Source of the DNA: a virus
Lineage: Duplodnaviria; Caudoviricetes
IMG/VR virus record: IMGVR_UViG_3300046804_003398
Reading direction: 5' to 3' (one strand)
DNA: 64,000 nucleotides
The position numbers and the translations under genes are program-made. Positions 55,803 to 64,000 of this stretch are shown in pieces (the first letter of the stretch is position 1; the number at the start of each line of letters is the position of its first letter). The notes under the pieces were generated by a model. That model was not told the DNA's origin. It saw only the letters and a list, made by a program, of their open reading frames with translations, and searched no databases.

Positions 55803-55934
55803 TTACCACTGTTCCTCGAAAGACTCGGTTTCCTTGGGTTTGCCACCCTTGGACTTCTTATCTTTGCGGATCTTCTTGGCACGCTTATCGAACTTGTCCC
55901 ACTTGCCACGACCTTCTTTCCAGCTCTTTCCCAT
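55803..55934 (-). CDS. Small Lys-rich protein (43 aa)
   Basis: Manual translation MGKSWKEGRGKWDKFDKRAKKIRKDKKSKGGKPKETESFEEQW. Confidence 0.55.
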   Translation of the reverse strand: MGKSWKEGRGKWDKFDKRAKKIRKDKKSKGGKPKETESFEEQW

Positions 55935-56023
55935 ACTCTATCTATCTGTTTTTGTTATTATTTGCTTGACATCTTCCAGTGAAGCAGTCTTTCAGCTCCA
56001 CTGGAAGTTGAGTTTCTCAGATC

Positions 56024-56347
56024 TTAAGCCTTGACACGATACACGTTGGCAGGCTTGCCACGACCACCACTCTTTCGGGTCGCAACCACCTCATAACGTC
56101 CACTAGCCACGTTTCGAGCCACAAAAGCACGAATGGTGGGACTCTTGACGTTGGCATTAGCCTTCTCAAGGTCTGCGATGGTGAACTCGTCATTGGTGAT
56201 CTCAGCCACAGCAGTAGGCTTGCGACCCAACTTGCCGGGAACCTTGGTCGCCTTGGTCTTGACAGACTTGACTGCCTTGACTGCCTTGACCTCGGTGACT
56301 GCCACGGTGTTGGTATTGACGTTTGAACTAACAGTATTGGTTTCCAT
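56024..56347 (-). CDS. Winged-helix DNA-binding protein
   Basis: GRKP...FTIADL...SGGRGKPANVY. Confidence 0.7.
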   Translation of the reverse strand: METNTVSSNVNTNTVAVTEVKAVKAVKSVKTKATKVPGKLGRKPTAVAEITNDEFTIADLEKANANVKSPTIRAFVARNVASGRYEVVATRKSGGRGKPANVYRVKA

Positions 56348-56432
56348 ATTTATGTTTTTTATGTTTTGTTGTTTAACTTACGAAATACAGTTTATCTGAA
56401 TAATGCCTTATTGTCAACTTCTTTGAATATTT

Positions 56433-56633
56433 TTATTTTCTACCCAGTTGACCCACCACAGTGTTTCCGAAGCTTTGTCGGGTGCCATTGGCATTATAAG
56501 TTTGGTCAGCACTCTTATTATAAGTGCCTACAGGTTTACCATTTTGGTCATAAGCACGAATATTGACACTATCTTCACGAATTGATCCAAGATACTGTCC
56601 TTTATTACCATATAACCTTTTTACGTCACTCAT
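56433..56633 (-). CDS. Hypothetical phage protein
   Basis: 66 aa with YDQNGK/YNANG beta repeats. Confidence 0.7.
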   Translation of the reverse strand: MSDVKRLYGNKGQYLGSIREDSVNIRAYDQNGKPVGTYNKSADQTYNANGTRQSFGNTVVGQLGRK

Positions 56634-56890
56634 ATTTTATTTATTGGTTGTTTATCACTTACAATGTTTGAAAATTTCTTGCGAACAGTCTTTCGTTCAA
56701 TATCAGCTAATTCTTCACGTTCAGCTGCTTCTATGACCAAACGAACAAAGTCAGTAAGCAACCCACTGTTCTTTTTTGCTGTTACATCTTCTTTTACAGC
56801 ATTTTGTCGCCACAGTGGCAACGAGTTTAGAACTTGATCATAACATCGTTTGTATCTGTCAGATGACTCTTTTAGTTGCTTTTTGGTCAC
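56630..56890 (-). CDS. Hypothetical protein
   Basis: GTG start after TATTTAT. Confidence 0.65.
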   Translation of the reverse strand: MTKKQLKESSDRYKRCYDQVLNSLPLWRQNAVKEDVTAKKNSGLLTDFVRLVIEAAEREELADIERKTVRKKFSNIVSDKQPINKI

Positions 56891-56964
56891 GCCTAATAAA
56901 TAGTATTTGTTATAACGAAAACAATGGGGCTTTTTAACCTAACCCCAAGGTCTATTCAACTAAC

Positions 56965-57258
56965 TTAGGCAGCAACCTGTCGAGCAGCCTTCTCAGCCAA
57001 ACGAGCCTCAGCCCGCTTCTGAAGCGCCTTGGTCGAAACAAACAAAGCAGCAGGCTTGCCACGACCACCAGTCTTGGCAGTCTTGTTGAGCCGGGTCAAC
57101 ACACCAGACTCAACCAACTGATTCACACGCTTACGCACCGTCAACGTAGCAGTGTCGGGATTGAGAGCGAAAGCGTCCTTCAACGAAAAGATGTCGGTGC
57201 TGTTCAGCTCAACGAACTTGGCAGGACGACCAGGACCACGATTAGACTTGGAACTCAT
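56965..57258 (-). CDS. Winged-helix DNA-binding protein
   Basis: Likely start ATG 57258 (MSSKSNRGPGRPAK...FSLKD...KTGGRGKPAALF). Confidence 0.7.
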   Translation of the reverse strand: MSSKSNRGPGRPAKFVELNSTDIFSLKDAFALNPDTATLTVRKRVNQLVESGVLTRLNKTAKTGGRGKPAALFVSTKALQKRAEARLAEKAARQVAA

Positions 57259-57522
57259 ACGATTTGTAACTTTCTTTTTCTTGTTGTTGTTGGCACCGTC
57301 AGTGGCGCCGTTGACGTTTATAAGAATACCAGAAAAGTCGCTGGGGTCAACAGATTTTCTGCATCTTTGCCCACTTTTTTTACCCACAATGCCCTTGACA
57401 ACTGCGGCCGGAACCTGGTAAACTGCCAGGTTAGCCACTGGTCTGGGGCGGCCGGATTACTTGCAAAAATCGTGAGAATACCTGTTGACAATCCCCAATC
57501 CCCGTGATACAGTAGCTTCACA

Positions 57523-57843
57523 ATGAACGCTGTGATTAAGGACTACATCAAGAGCCAACTCGCTACCAACCCCGCTTGGGCTATTCGGGCGTTGGTCAAG
57601 ATCTACGAACGCCAGACGTTGGACGAACAGTCCTCTGGCATCACCAAGGAAGACAATGGTGTGGGGTTCAGTGGCGTGGACGCTAACATCCTCTCCAGTT
57701 TCGCCACCCAGGTCAACAATGGTCGCAACCTGAGTCCCAAACAGATGGCTATCGTCTACAAGAAGATGCCTCGCTATTGGAAACAGGTGGCGAGTCTGAT
57801 TCCGGCGGACAAGCTGGATGCCATGGTGGCTAAGGTTGGTTGA
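57523..57843 (+). CDS. Hypothetical phage protein
   Basis: WAIRAL...NGVGFSGVD...LSPKQ; own promoter. Confidence 0.85.
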   Translation: MNAVIKDYIKSQLATNPAWAIRALVKIYERQTLDEQSSGITKEDNGVGFSGVDANILSSFATQVNNGRNLSPKQMAIVYKKMPRYWKQVASLIPADKLDAMVAKVG

Positions 57844-58088
57844 TCTTTTTATTGACAATGATGCCCATTTGGCTTAGCATTTTCTTCAAGATGAACCTTC
57901 TGGATTTTTACAAGCACATCACCGAGACCATTCCCAACTACCTGATGTTTGTGACGTTCATGGTGGTCGTTTACATGCTGTTTTGCATGTGCGTGACCTT
58001 TGTGACCGATCAGCTCATCAAGGTGATTCTGGCGATGCGTGCTCCGTTGGTTGCTCCCACAATCAAGACCACTGTTGAAAGCGAATAA
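57840..58088 (+). CDS. Small membrane protein
   Basis: Overlaps the upstream stop; hydrophobic. Confidence 0.65.
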   Translation: MIFLLTMMPIWLSIFFKMNLLDFYKHITETIPNYLMFVTFMVVVYMLFCMCVTFVTDQLIKVILAMRAPLVAPTIKTTVESE

Positions 58089-58137
58089 TAAAAAGGTGCT
58101 TGACATTGGTGTGAACTTGGTGTAAAGTATACGAACA

Positions 58138-59505
58138 ATGAATTTGAACGTTTCTAATCTTTTGGAACCTCAGCGTCCCCACGCTCAACGGATTCTCGAC
58201 AGTCTGTTTCTGAATGGTGTGGCTGCTGACCTCTCCGAGACTGGCTGTGGCAAGACCTACGTGGCTGCCTGGGTCGCCAAGAACCTCAACGTTCCCATCG
58301 TCGTGGTTTGCCCCAAGGTCGTCCGTCGTGGTTGGAATACTGTGCTTGAAGCTTTCGGCATCAAGGCTGTGACCGTGATCAACTACGAGAAGCTGATGCG
58401 TGGCAACACTCCCTACCTCACCTTCAAGAATGATCGTGACGACAATGCCACCTTCTATCAATTGCACTTTCCTAAGCACGCTCTGGTGATTCTGGATGAA
58501 GTGCACAAGTGCAAGGGTTGGAATTCCAAGAACAGCGACTTCCTCATTGCGCTTCGCTTTCAGAATTATAAGACTCTGATGCTGAGTGCTACGGCGGCTA
58601 CCAATCCTCTGGAGATGAAGAGCTTTGGGTTTGCTACTCTGCTTCATGGCTTGACCAACTTCAAGGACTTTCTGCTTCAGAGTGGTGCCTACCGAACTGG
58701 TCGCTTTGGTGCCTATGGCATCGATCTGACTGACAGTCGAACTCAAGGGGCGATGCGGACGATGCATACCCAATTGTTCAACGTCACCAAGATTGCTAGT
58801 CGCATGACTCGCACTCAGTTTGGTCAGATCTTCCCCGACAACCGTGTTTACGCCGAGTGCTTTGACATGGGGTCCAACACCGACAAGATCAATCGGGTCT
58901 ATGAGATGATGGAGCGGGAGCTGGCGGATCTGGAAGAGTCGAGTGCCGAGTATAGTCAACACCAGTTTGCTATCATGACCAAGGCTCGTCGTTTGGCTGA
59001 GTTGCTCAAGGTGCCTACCATGGTTGACTGGATCGAAGACATGCACGCCGAGGGTGTGAGTCCCGTGTGCTTTGTTAACTATACCGACACCGTGACTGCC
59101 ATTCGTAAGAAGCTGGACAAGAATGCGAAGCTCAAGAACCAGATTGCGATGATCGTTGGTGGTCAAAGCGAGAAGGTTCGAAATGCCGACATCGATGCCT
59201 TCCAGAACAACACCAAGCGAGTCATGATTGCGAATCTGGCTGCTGGTAATGCTGGTATTAATCTTCATGATCTGATTGGTGGTGCTCCTCGTATGTCGTT
59301 GATCAGTCCCAGTTTCAGTGCCATCAATCTGGTTCAGGCGCTGGGTCGAATTCACCGTGCTGAGGGCAAGACTCCGTGTGTTCAGAAGGTGATGTTCGCT
59401 GCTGATACCATTGAGGAACATGCTTGTCGTCGAGTTCAGTCCAAGATCAACAACATCGACAATCTGAACGATGGCGATCTGACCAGTGGCATCAACCTGA
59501 TTTAA
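58138..59505 (+). CDS. Superfamily 2 (SNF2-like) helicase
   Basis: ETGCGKT (motif I), LDEVHKCK (II), LSATA (III), AGNAGINL (V), QALGRIHR (VI). Confidence 0.93.
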   Translation: MNLNVSNLLEPQRPHAQRILDSLFLNGVAADLSETGCGKTYVAAWVAKNLNVPIVVVCPKVVRRGWNTVLEAFGIKAVTVINYEKLMRGNTPYLTFKNDRDDNATFYQLHFPKHALVILDEVHKCKGWNSKNSDFLIALRFQNYKTLMLSATAATNPLEMKSFGFATLLHGLTNFKDFLLQSGAYRTGRFGAYGIDLTDSRTQGAMRTMHTQLFNVTKIASRMTRTQFGQIFPDNRVYAECFDMGSNTDKINRVYEMMERELADLEESSAEYSQHQFAIMTKARRLAELLKVPTMVDWIEDMHAEGVSPVCFVNYTDTVTAIRKKLDKNAKLKNQIAMIVGGQSEKVRNADIDAFQNNTKRVMIANLAAGNAGINLHDLIGGAPRMSLISPSFSAINLVQALGRIHRAEGKTPCVQKVMFAADTIEEHACRRVQSKINNIDNLNDGDLTSGINLI

Positions 59506-59527
59506 ACCTTTAACTGCTAATATTCGA

Positions 59528-59776
59528 ATGACTAAGATCTGTGCTATTTGGTATATGACCCCGGGACAGTCCGGCCGCCATGAGGTGGTCGATGTTTCGG
59601 ATGATCAAGACATCAAGCCGGTGTTTGGCAAACTGCTGTTTGAGCGACATGCCAACAATCTGCTGGTGGCTTATAAAAACAATTTGTATGTGATTGAGCC
59701 TGTTGATCGTGAGGATGTGACCTACATTCGCCGACAGGTTCAATATCATCCACTTTCTCATCTGGTCGCCAGTTGA
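59528..59776 (+). CDS. Hypothetical protein
   Basis: 82 aa, follows the helicase. Confidence 0.65.
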   Translation: MTKICAIWYMTPGQSGRHEVVDVSDDQDIKPVFGKLLFERHANNLLVAYKNNLYVIEPVDREDVTYIRRQVQYHPLSHLVAS

Positions 59777-59917
59777 GAACTTCTGAGGGTGTTTTAGAGC
59801 TACATCCTCCTCTACAAGAAACAAAAGGCTGAGTCGGTGTGAGTTCATTGTCGTTTCTGTCCGTCTAACGTAAAAAGACGGTCTTTTTGCTGCGCACATT
59901 TCTACTTATGAGCAGTT

Positions 59918-60160
59918 ATGCCAACTTATACCAATCTGCCATCCAGTAGCTTCAACCCAGTTTATTTGCAAGAAAAGCTGGCCGCCTACGTCGAGGTTCG
60001 TTCCCAGATCAGTGACCGTAGCCTTCCATTGCTGCAATCTCTGGTTGAGCAAATCATCAAGGATCTGACCACAACCAACAACCTGATCAACAGCAGCAGT
60101 GCCGTGATCAACCAACACACCCACCAAACCGTCCCACCAGCCCACACCTTCACACCATGA
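59918..60160 (+). CDS. Hypothetical protein
   Basis: 80 aa; overlaps the next start. Confidence 0.6.
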   Translation: MPTYTNLPSSSFNPVYLQEKLAAYVEVRSQISDRSLPLLQSLVEQIIKDLTTTNNLINSSSAVINQHTHQTVPPAHTFTP

Positions 60161-60831
60161 GCAGACAAATCGTTTTGACCCGTTGCAACGAACCAGAAAG
60201 CATGTTTGAATGGCTGAAAGATTTCGTTGACAAACCAGAGGTGGTAATTTATAATAAGGGAAACAGTTCATTTGGCCTTCCGGCCCAGGCCAGACCCAAT
60301 GTTGGCAGAGACCTTGAAACCCAGCTTTGGCACATTCTGACCAATTATGACAATTTAGCAGATGAATTGCTAATGTTGCAACCCAGATTTGATGATCATA
60401 TGGATTGGCCTCGCTGGGCACCTGGTGTGAATGATCTTAGCAAGATACCGCAGTCAATATTGAATCATGAGTATGACGGTAGCAAATTACAGTATATAAA
60501 TGTTTATCATACTGAATGCTACAATCCCCATGGAATATCAATACCAGGCACTATTACTGTGGATTATTGGGAAATGCTTACACCCATTCGACAAGAGTAT
60601 TTGGATGGATTAAACAGCCTGGTCAAAACCAATTACACTGTTGATGATGTTATTTGCTGGACATTTAGCCCAGGCATAGCATACAGTGTTCCCAAATCAA
60701 TGATACTCAACAAATCAAAAGCATGGTGGCAAAGATGCTATGATTTTTATATGACCGCCCCACCTCCACATTGCCACGCTTACTTCTACGAACGATGCTA
60801 CCCACTACTGTGGAACTATAGTGAATATTGA
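60157..60831 (+). CDS. DUF3431-like protein
   Basis: VLTRCNE...IYNKG...PNVGRD.ET.LWHILTNYDNLADELLMLQ. Confidence 0.75.
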   Translation: MSRQIVLTRCNEPESMFEWLKDFVDKPEVVIYNKGNSSFGLPAQARPNVGRDLETQLWHILTNYDNLADELLMLQPRFDDHMDWPRWAPGVNDLSKIPQSILNHEYDGSKLQYINVYHTECYNPHGISIPGTITVDYWEMLTPIRQEYLDGLNSLVKTNYTVDDVICWTFSPGIAYSVPKSMILNKSKAWWQRCYDFYMTAPPPHCHAYFYERCYPLLWNYSEY

Positions 60832-60838
60832 TATAAAG

Positions 60839-60913
60839 TGGTGCTCCCATTAGGATTCGAACCTAAACAAAGGCTTTAGAAGAACCTGGTGCTATCCATT
60901 ACACTATGAGAGC
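60839..60913 (-). tRNA. tRNA-Arg (TCT), isolated
   Basis: Canonical cloverleaf, loop CUUCUAA, CCA. Confidence 0.9.
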
Positions 60914-60927
60914 ATTATAAAATTGTA

Positions 60928-61254
60928 TTACTTCTTTTTCTTTGGTTTCTTGACTTTATCGTTTAGACCATACAATGGTTCACCTTCTTCATTGTATCCC
61001 ACGATATTGACAGTTCCGTCATCAACCAAGTCATTGAGTTCTTTTTGAATACATTGACCCATTGCTTCTTTGACCATCTTGTCAGCTTCTACTGTATCAA
61101 CATCAAACATATCCATAATCTGTTTGATTAGCTTATCATATTCAATGTTGGCATCAAGCTCATCAACATCAATAGTCATTGTGTTGGCAAGCAGTTGGTC
61201 AATGGTTCCGGTGAAAACAGAAATACCGTGGGAAGACTTCATACGATTTGTCAT
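60928..61254 (-). CDS. Hypothetical protein
   Basis: 108 aa ORF. Confidence 0.65.
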   Translation of the reverse strand: MTNRMKSSHGISVFTGTIDQLLANTMTIDVDELDANIEYDKLIKQIMDMFDVDTVEADKMVKEAMGQCIQKELNDLVDDGTVNIVGYNEEGEPLYGLNDKVKKPKKKK

Positions 61255-61275
61255 GGTTTACAGTCTACAACACAA

Positions 61276-61728
61276 TCACTTAACTGTCAAGTCGAAGAAT
61301 TGTGCTTTCTTGGTTTTGCTAATTTTGCAGTTGGGATATTGTTTGATCAAAGATTTACCATCAACAAATCGAACCCGTATAACAGGAAACTCGGTGATGT
61401 CGGTAATAATATAAGTCAACTTGGTATTATTGATATGTTCATTAACAATACCCTCATCAATCTTACGTCCAGAGCCTACCATGTTGGAAGGTGCAAATAT
61501 GCAACCACCCTTGGTGAAACTCTTGTGTTCATACTTACGATCACCCGCCACATGATCATATCCACTTTCATCAACATATTTCAGCTCGGGAAACCATATG
61601 GGAAGCTGTTGTTGTATAAAAGGAGCACAAGTCCTACCATCTCGAAACAATGCCACCAACACACTCTGAGGCAAATCACCCCAAACAAAGTTGGTCACAT
61701 TGTATGTATAAGTCCTATTCAATATCAT
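61276..61728 (-). CDS. Putative PD-(D/E)xK nuclease
   Basis: GYDHV...KYEHKSF resembles the D...ExK catalytic motif. Confidence 0.5.
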   Translation of the reverse strand: MILNRTYTYNVTNFVWGDLPQSVLVALFRDGRTCAPFIQQQLPIWFPELKYVDESGYDHVAGDRKYEHKSFTKGGCIFAPSNMVGSGRKIDEGIVNEHINNTKLTYIITDITEFPVIRVRFVDGKSLIKQYPNCKISKTKKAQFFDLTVK

Positions 61729-62021
61729 AGACTATTCAAATATTCATCAAAATCATCCACATTGATGTTGGTAATGTTAACACTATACCCCTTGTCAATC
61801 ATCGCCTTGTAAAAGGTATACATGTCACAATCCTCCTCCAAATAAAACTTATGTCGCTTCAAAGGCGAATAAGGAGTGATCTGATCCCACACACCAGCCG
61901 CATCTCGGACATCCTTAGCAGGCACCTCCAACCAACTATGCCCAGGATCATGAATTCGGACATAGTTGCGAATCTTGTTGTCGTTACTATACCTCTCAGT
62001 GAGAGTCATGTTGTCGTTCAT
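61725..62021 (-). CDS. Hypothetical phage protein
   Basis: DPGHSWLEVP...YLEEDCD; own promoter. Confidence 0.8.
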   Translation of the reverse strand: MNDNMTLTERYSNDNKIRNYVRIHDPGHSWLEVPAKDVRDAAGVWDQITPYSPLKRHKFYLEEDCDMYTFYKAMIDKGYSVNITNINVDDFDEYLNSL

Positions 62022-62081
62022 TGTGCAGCTAGATTACCCCAGACCATAAAAAAAGTCAAGGGCTTTCTTTCAAAAAAATCA

Positions 62082-62303
62082 TCACTCCTTGGACTTGTGC
62101 TGGTAGGTGCTACCCTTGACCAGCAAGCCAAACAACACGTTCAGCGCCCAGGCATGAAGAAAGTCCAGCTCCTTGAGCCCAAACTGGTGTGGCATCACAT
62201 AGTTCCACAACCACATCACAGGCAGAGCAAACAAAGCGCTCAACCCAATCACCAACGCAACCACACCCACAACAGCACCCACCGCAATCAATAAAGTCTT
62301 CAT
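62082..62303 (-). CDS. Small membrane protein
   Basis: Likely start ATG 62303 (MKTLLIAVG...MWLWNYVMP). Confidence 0.7.
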   Translation of the reverse strand: MKTLLIAVGAVVGVVALVIGLSALFALPVMWLWNYVMPHQFGLKELDFLHAWALNVLFGLLVKGSTYQHKSKE

Positions 62304-62362
62304 AGTTTTTTTAAGTTTCAAAGGGGCTTTTTGACCTGACCCCAAGGTTTTTTCCCCAACAG

Positions 62363-62701
62363 TTAGTCCACAATGCCGAAACCCTTCTCGCCCAGGTCTC
62401 GGTCAGTTCGTTCCATAGTCCACTCACTGGCACGTGCCTTGCGGTTCACCAGGTCATACACAATCGTGTCGCCATAGTCGATACCCTCACCAGCACCCGA
62501 ATAAGAGTAGGCATCCCAAGCCCATGACTCAACCTCACTCACAAGCTTGCGAGCCTCCTCGTCAGAATAGTCCAGGTCCGAGTCCAGATCAACGTCCAGA
62601 TAGCCCTCGTCAGACCCACCACTGAAGTTGAGCGTCACCTCACGCACACCCAACTTGGTCAGCTTCTCAAACAACTCTTTGCTAATCGGTTCAATGTTCA
62701 T
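62363..62701 (-). CDS. DUF6878-like protein
   Basis: GVREVTLNFSGGSDEG. Confidence 0.6.
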   Translation of the reverse strand: MNIEPISKELFEKLTKLGVREVTLNFSGGSDEGYLDVDLDSDLDYSDEEARKLVSEVESWAWDAYSYSGAGEGIDYGDTIVYDLVNRKARASEWTMERTDRDLGEKGFGIVD

Positions 62702-62765
62702 TTTGTTTTATTATCTATTGTTCTAACAGTTTACCAGCTTTTTCTAAAATGTCAAGCACCTTTTT

Positions 62766-63125
62766 TCAACCAATCACCATCGCCTGTTCCACAGTCCGGC
62801 GACCCACCTTGAGCATCCACGGTTGAGGATTCGCACCCAGCACCTTCAAATAGTCCGCCGGCGTAGGAATAAACCCACAGTCTTCCTCAACGTGCTGTTC
62901 CGCAATCATCTTGACCGGAATCGTCTGACCCTTGCTGTTCACCACAGCATGACCAAACCGTTCAATCGCCCACTGAATACCAGCACTGTGATGACGAAGA
63001 GCACGATGGGTCCAATCACCCGTGAAGGCTTTGGTTTCGTCGAACCAATCGTGAATATGAACGTAATCAGCGGGAGTGCCACCCCACTTGCGAGCAGTAG
63101 ATTCAGCGTGCTTCCAAGGAGTCAT
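62766..63125 (-). CDS. DUF6915-like His-rich protein
   Basis: PWKHAESTARKWGG...IHDWFDETK...HRALRHH...AEQHVEEDCG. Confidence 0.75.
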   Translation of the reverse strand: MTPWKHAESTARKWGGTPADYVHIHDWFDETKAFTGDWTHRALRHHSAGIQWAIERFGHAVVNSKGQTIPVKMIAEQHVEEDCGFIPTPADYLKVLGANPQPWMLKVGRRTVEQAMVIG

Positions 63126-63158
63126 TGTTCTAAGAGTCTATCAGCTTTTTATCAAATG

Positions 63159-63377
63159 TCAAGCCCCAATCATCTCGACTGCGGCCAACTTGCCGTCAAC
63201 CATCTGGTAGTTGACCTCATCCTGGGACTCAGTAGCCCGAACGTCCTCGACCACCCACCAACGCATCCGAGTCTGCATAGCACTCTCAAACGCCTCGGCC
63301 TGGGTAGCAAACCGCAACCCGTTCGTAGCCCAACTACCATCAACCAGCACCTCCGGCTTCCATGACTTGTTATTCAT
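63159..63377 (-). CDS. Hypothetical phage protein
   Basis: WKPEV...WATNGLRFATQAEA; own promoter. Confidence 0.8.
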   Translation of the reverse strand: MNNKSWKPEVLVDGSWATNGLRFATQAEAFESAMQTRMRWWVVEDVRATESQDEVNYQMVDGKLAAVEMIGA

Positions 63378-63410
63378 TGTGCAGCTAGATTATCAGGTTT
63401 TTATCAAATG

Positions 63411-63605
63411 TCAAGCCCCAACCACACACATCATGTCGAACGTGGACCAGTCAGGCTGACCCGAAAGGTCCACGGCCACATACCCGTCCAAGGTCACGCC
63501 ACACTTGAGCTTGACCGTCACAGCACACTCCACATACGGGTCCAGGTTGATTTCAGAGTCGGCCTGAAGCACCTCGTAACTCTCAATCGGTAAGCAATCA
63601 ATCAT
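63411..63605 (-). CDS. Hypothetical protein
   Basis: Own promoter. Confidence 0.65.
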   Translation of the reverse strand: MIDCLPIESYEVLQADSEINLDPYVECAVTVKLKCGVTLDGYVAVDLSGQPDWSTFDMMCVVGA

Positions 63606-63774
63606 TGTTCAGACACTTTACCACAACCCAAACCAAAGTCAACACCATTCTTGAAAATATTCACCCGGGTCCAAAGGGTCGGCCAGGATGCCACAAAGTC
63701 ACCCAATGTCAAGAACAAAAAAACTAAAAAAAGTGGCTTGACCTTTTGAAAAACTCTGGTAATCTATTTACACA

Positions 63775-64000
63775 ATGAATACTGCGTTTCCCACTCTGAA
63801 AGAGATCCAAGACGTTCGTGTGTCCCGTGCTCCTCTCACCGTTGATCAAATGGTCAAACGAATTGGTGACACAGTTCGTCTCAATTACAAAAACCCCGAA
63901 CTTTATTCGGTCACTGTGAATTTTCCTGAGTTTGGTCATAATAGCACCAACGGTCATCATTTTACAGATATGTTCAATGACGTTATTCGTAAGATTCCCA
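63775..64000 (+). CDS. Hypothetical protein (partial, runs off window end)
   Basis: TTGACC...TAATCT-9 nt-ATG; manual translation MNTAFPTLKEIQDVRVSRAPLTVDQMVKRIGD... stays open to the edge. Confidence 0.7.
   Translation, partial: MNTAFPTLKEIQDVRVSRAPLTVDQMVKRIGDTVRLNYKNPELYSVTVNFPEFGHNSTNGHHFTDMFNDVIRKIP

Larger units (their letters stand above)
48117..63777. promoter_or_regulatory. Dispersed array of >20 sigma70-like promoters fused to start codons
   Basis: TTGAC(T/A)-16/17-TA(A/G/C)NNT-9 nt-ATG upstream of genes starting at 48117, 48353, 48925, 49334, 49545, 50750, 51614, 51913, 52517, 52769, 53109, 53637, 53988, 54278, 54929, 55729, 57523(+), 58138(+), 62021, 63125, 63377, 63605, 63775(+). 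Confidence 0.88.

Noticed and set aside
58063-59421. 452 aa minus-strand ORF
   Set aside because: Antisense shadow of the SF2 helicase, which has all its motifs and its own promoter.

Overview
The window looks like a 64 kb piece of a very large (jumbo/huge) myovirus-type bacteriophage genome in standard code 11, with almost all genes on the minus strand. It has four zones. (1) 1-18.7 kb: baseplate and tail genes (gp6-like, gp25-like, gp5-like spike, tail fibres, one protein with a C-terminal Hint domain), plus a sigma-like factor, Hsp20 and PhoH. (2) 18.7-35 kb: an RNA-rich region with a tmRNA, an RNase P RNA read by eye from its conserved regions, two tRNA arrays (42 tRNAs; one more lies at 60.8 kb, 43 in total, covering all 20 amino acids if the CAT tRNA is Met), several tRNA-like RNAs with large insertions, and a ~870 nt structured ncRNA with an embedded tRNA-like element (GOLLD-like). 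Eighteen tRNAs share a non-canonical elbow (D-loop AG instead of GG, T-loop G55 instead of U55). (3) 27-47 kb, partly interleaved with zone 2: glycosyltransferase-like, epimerase, methyltransferase and sulfotransferase-like genes, a GP88-like protein, a DUF262 protein and an RNA ligase. (4) 47.5-64 kb: small early-type genes, more than 20 of them fused to their own sigma70-like promoter with the -10 box 9 nt before the start codon in every case counted, plus an SF2 helicase. All protein family calls come from motif recognition, not database searches.
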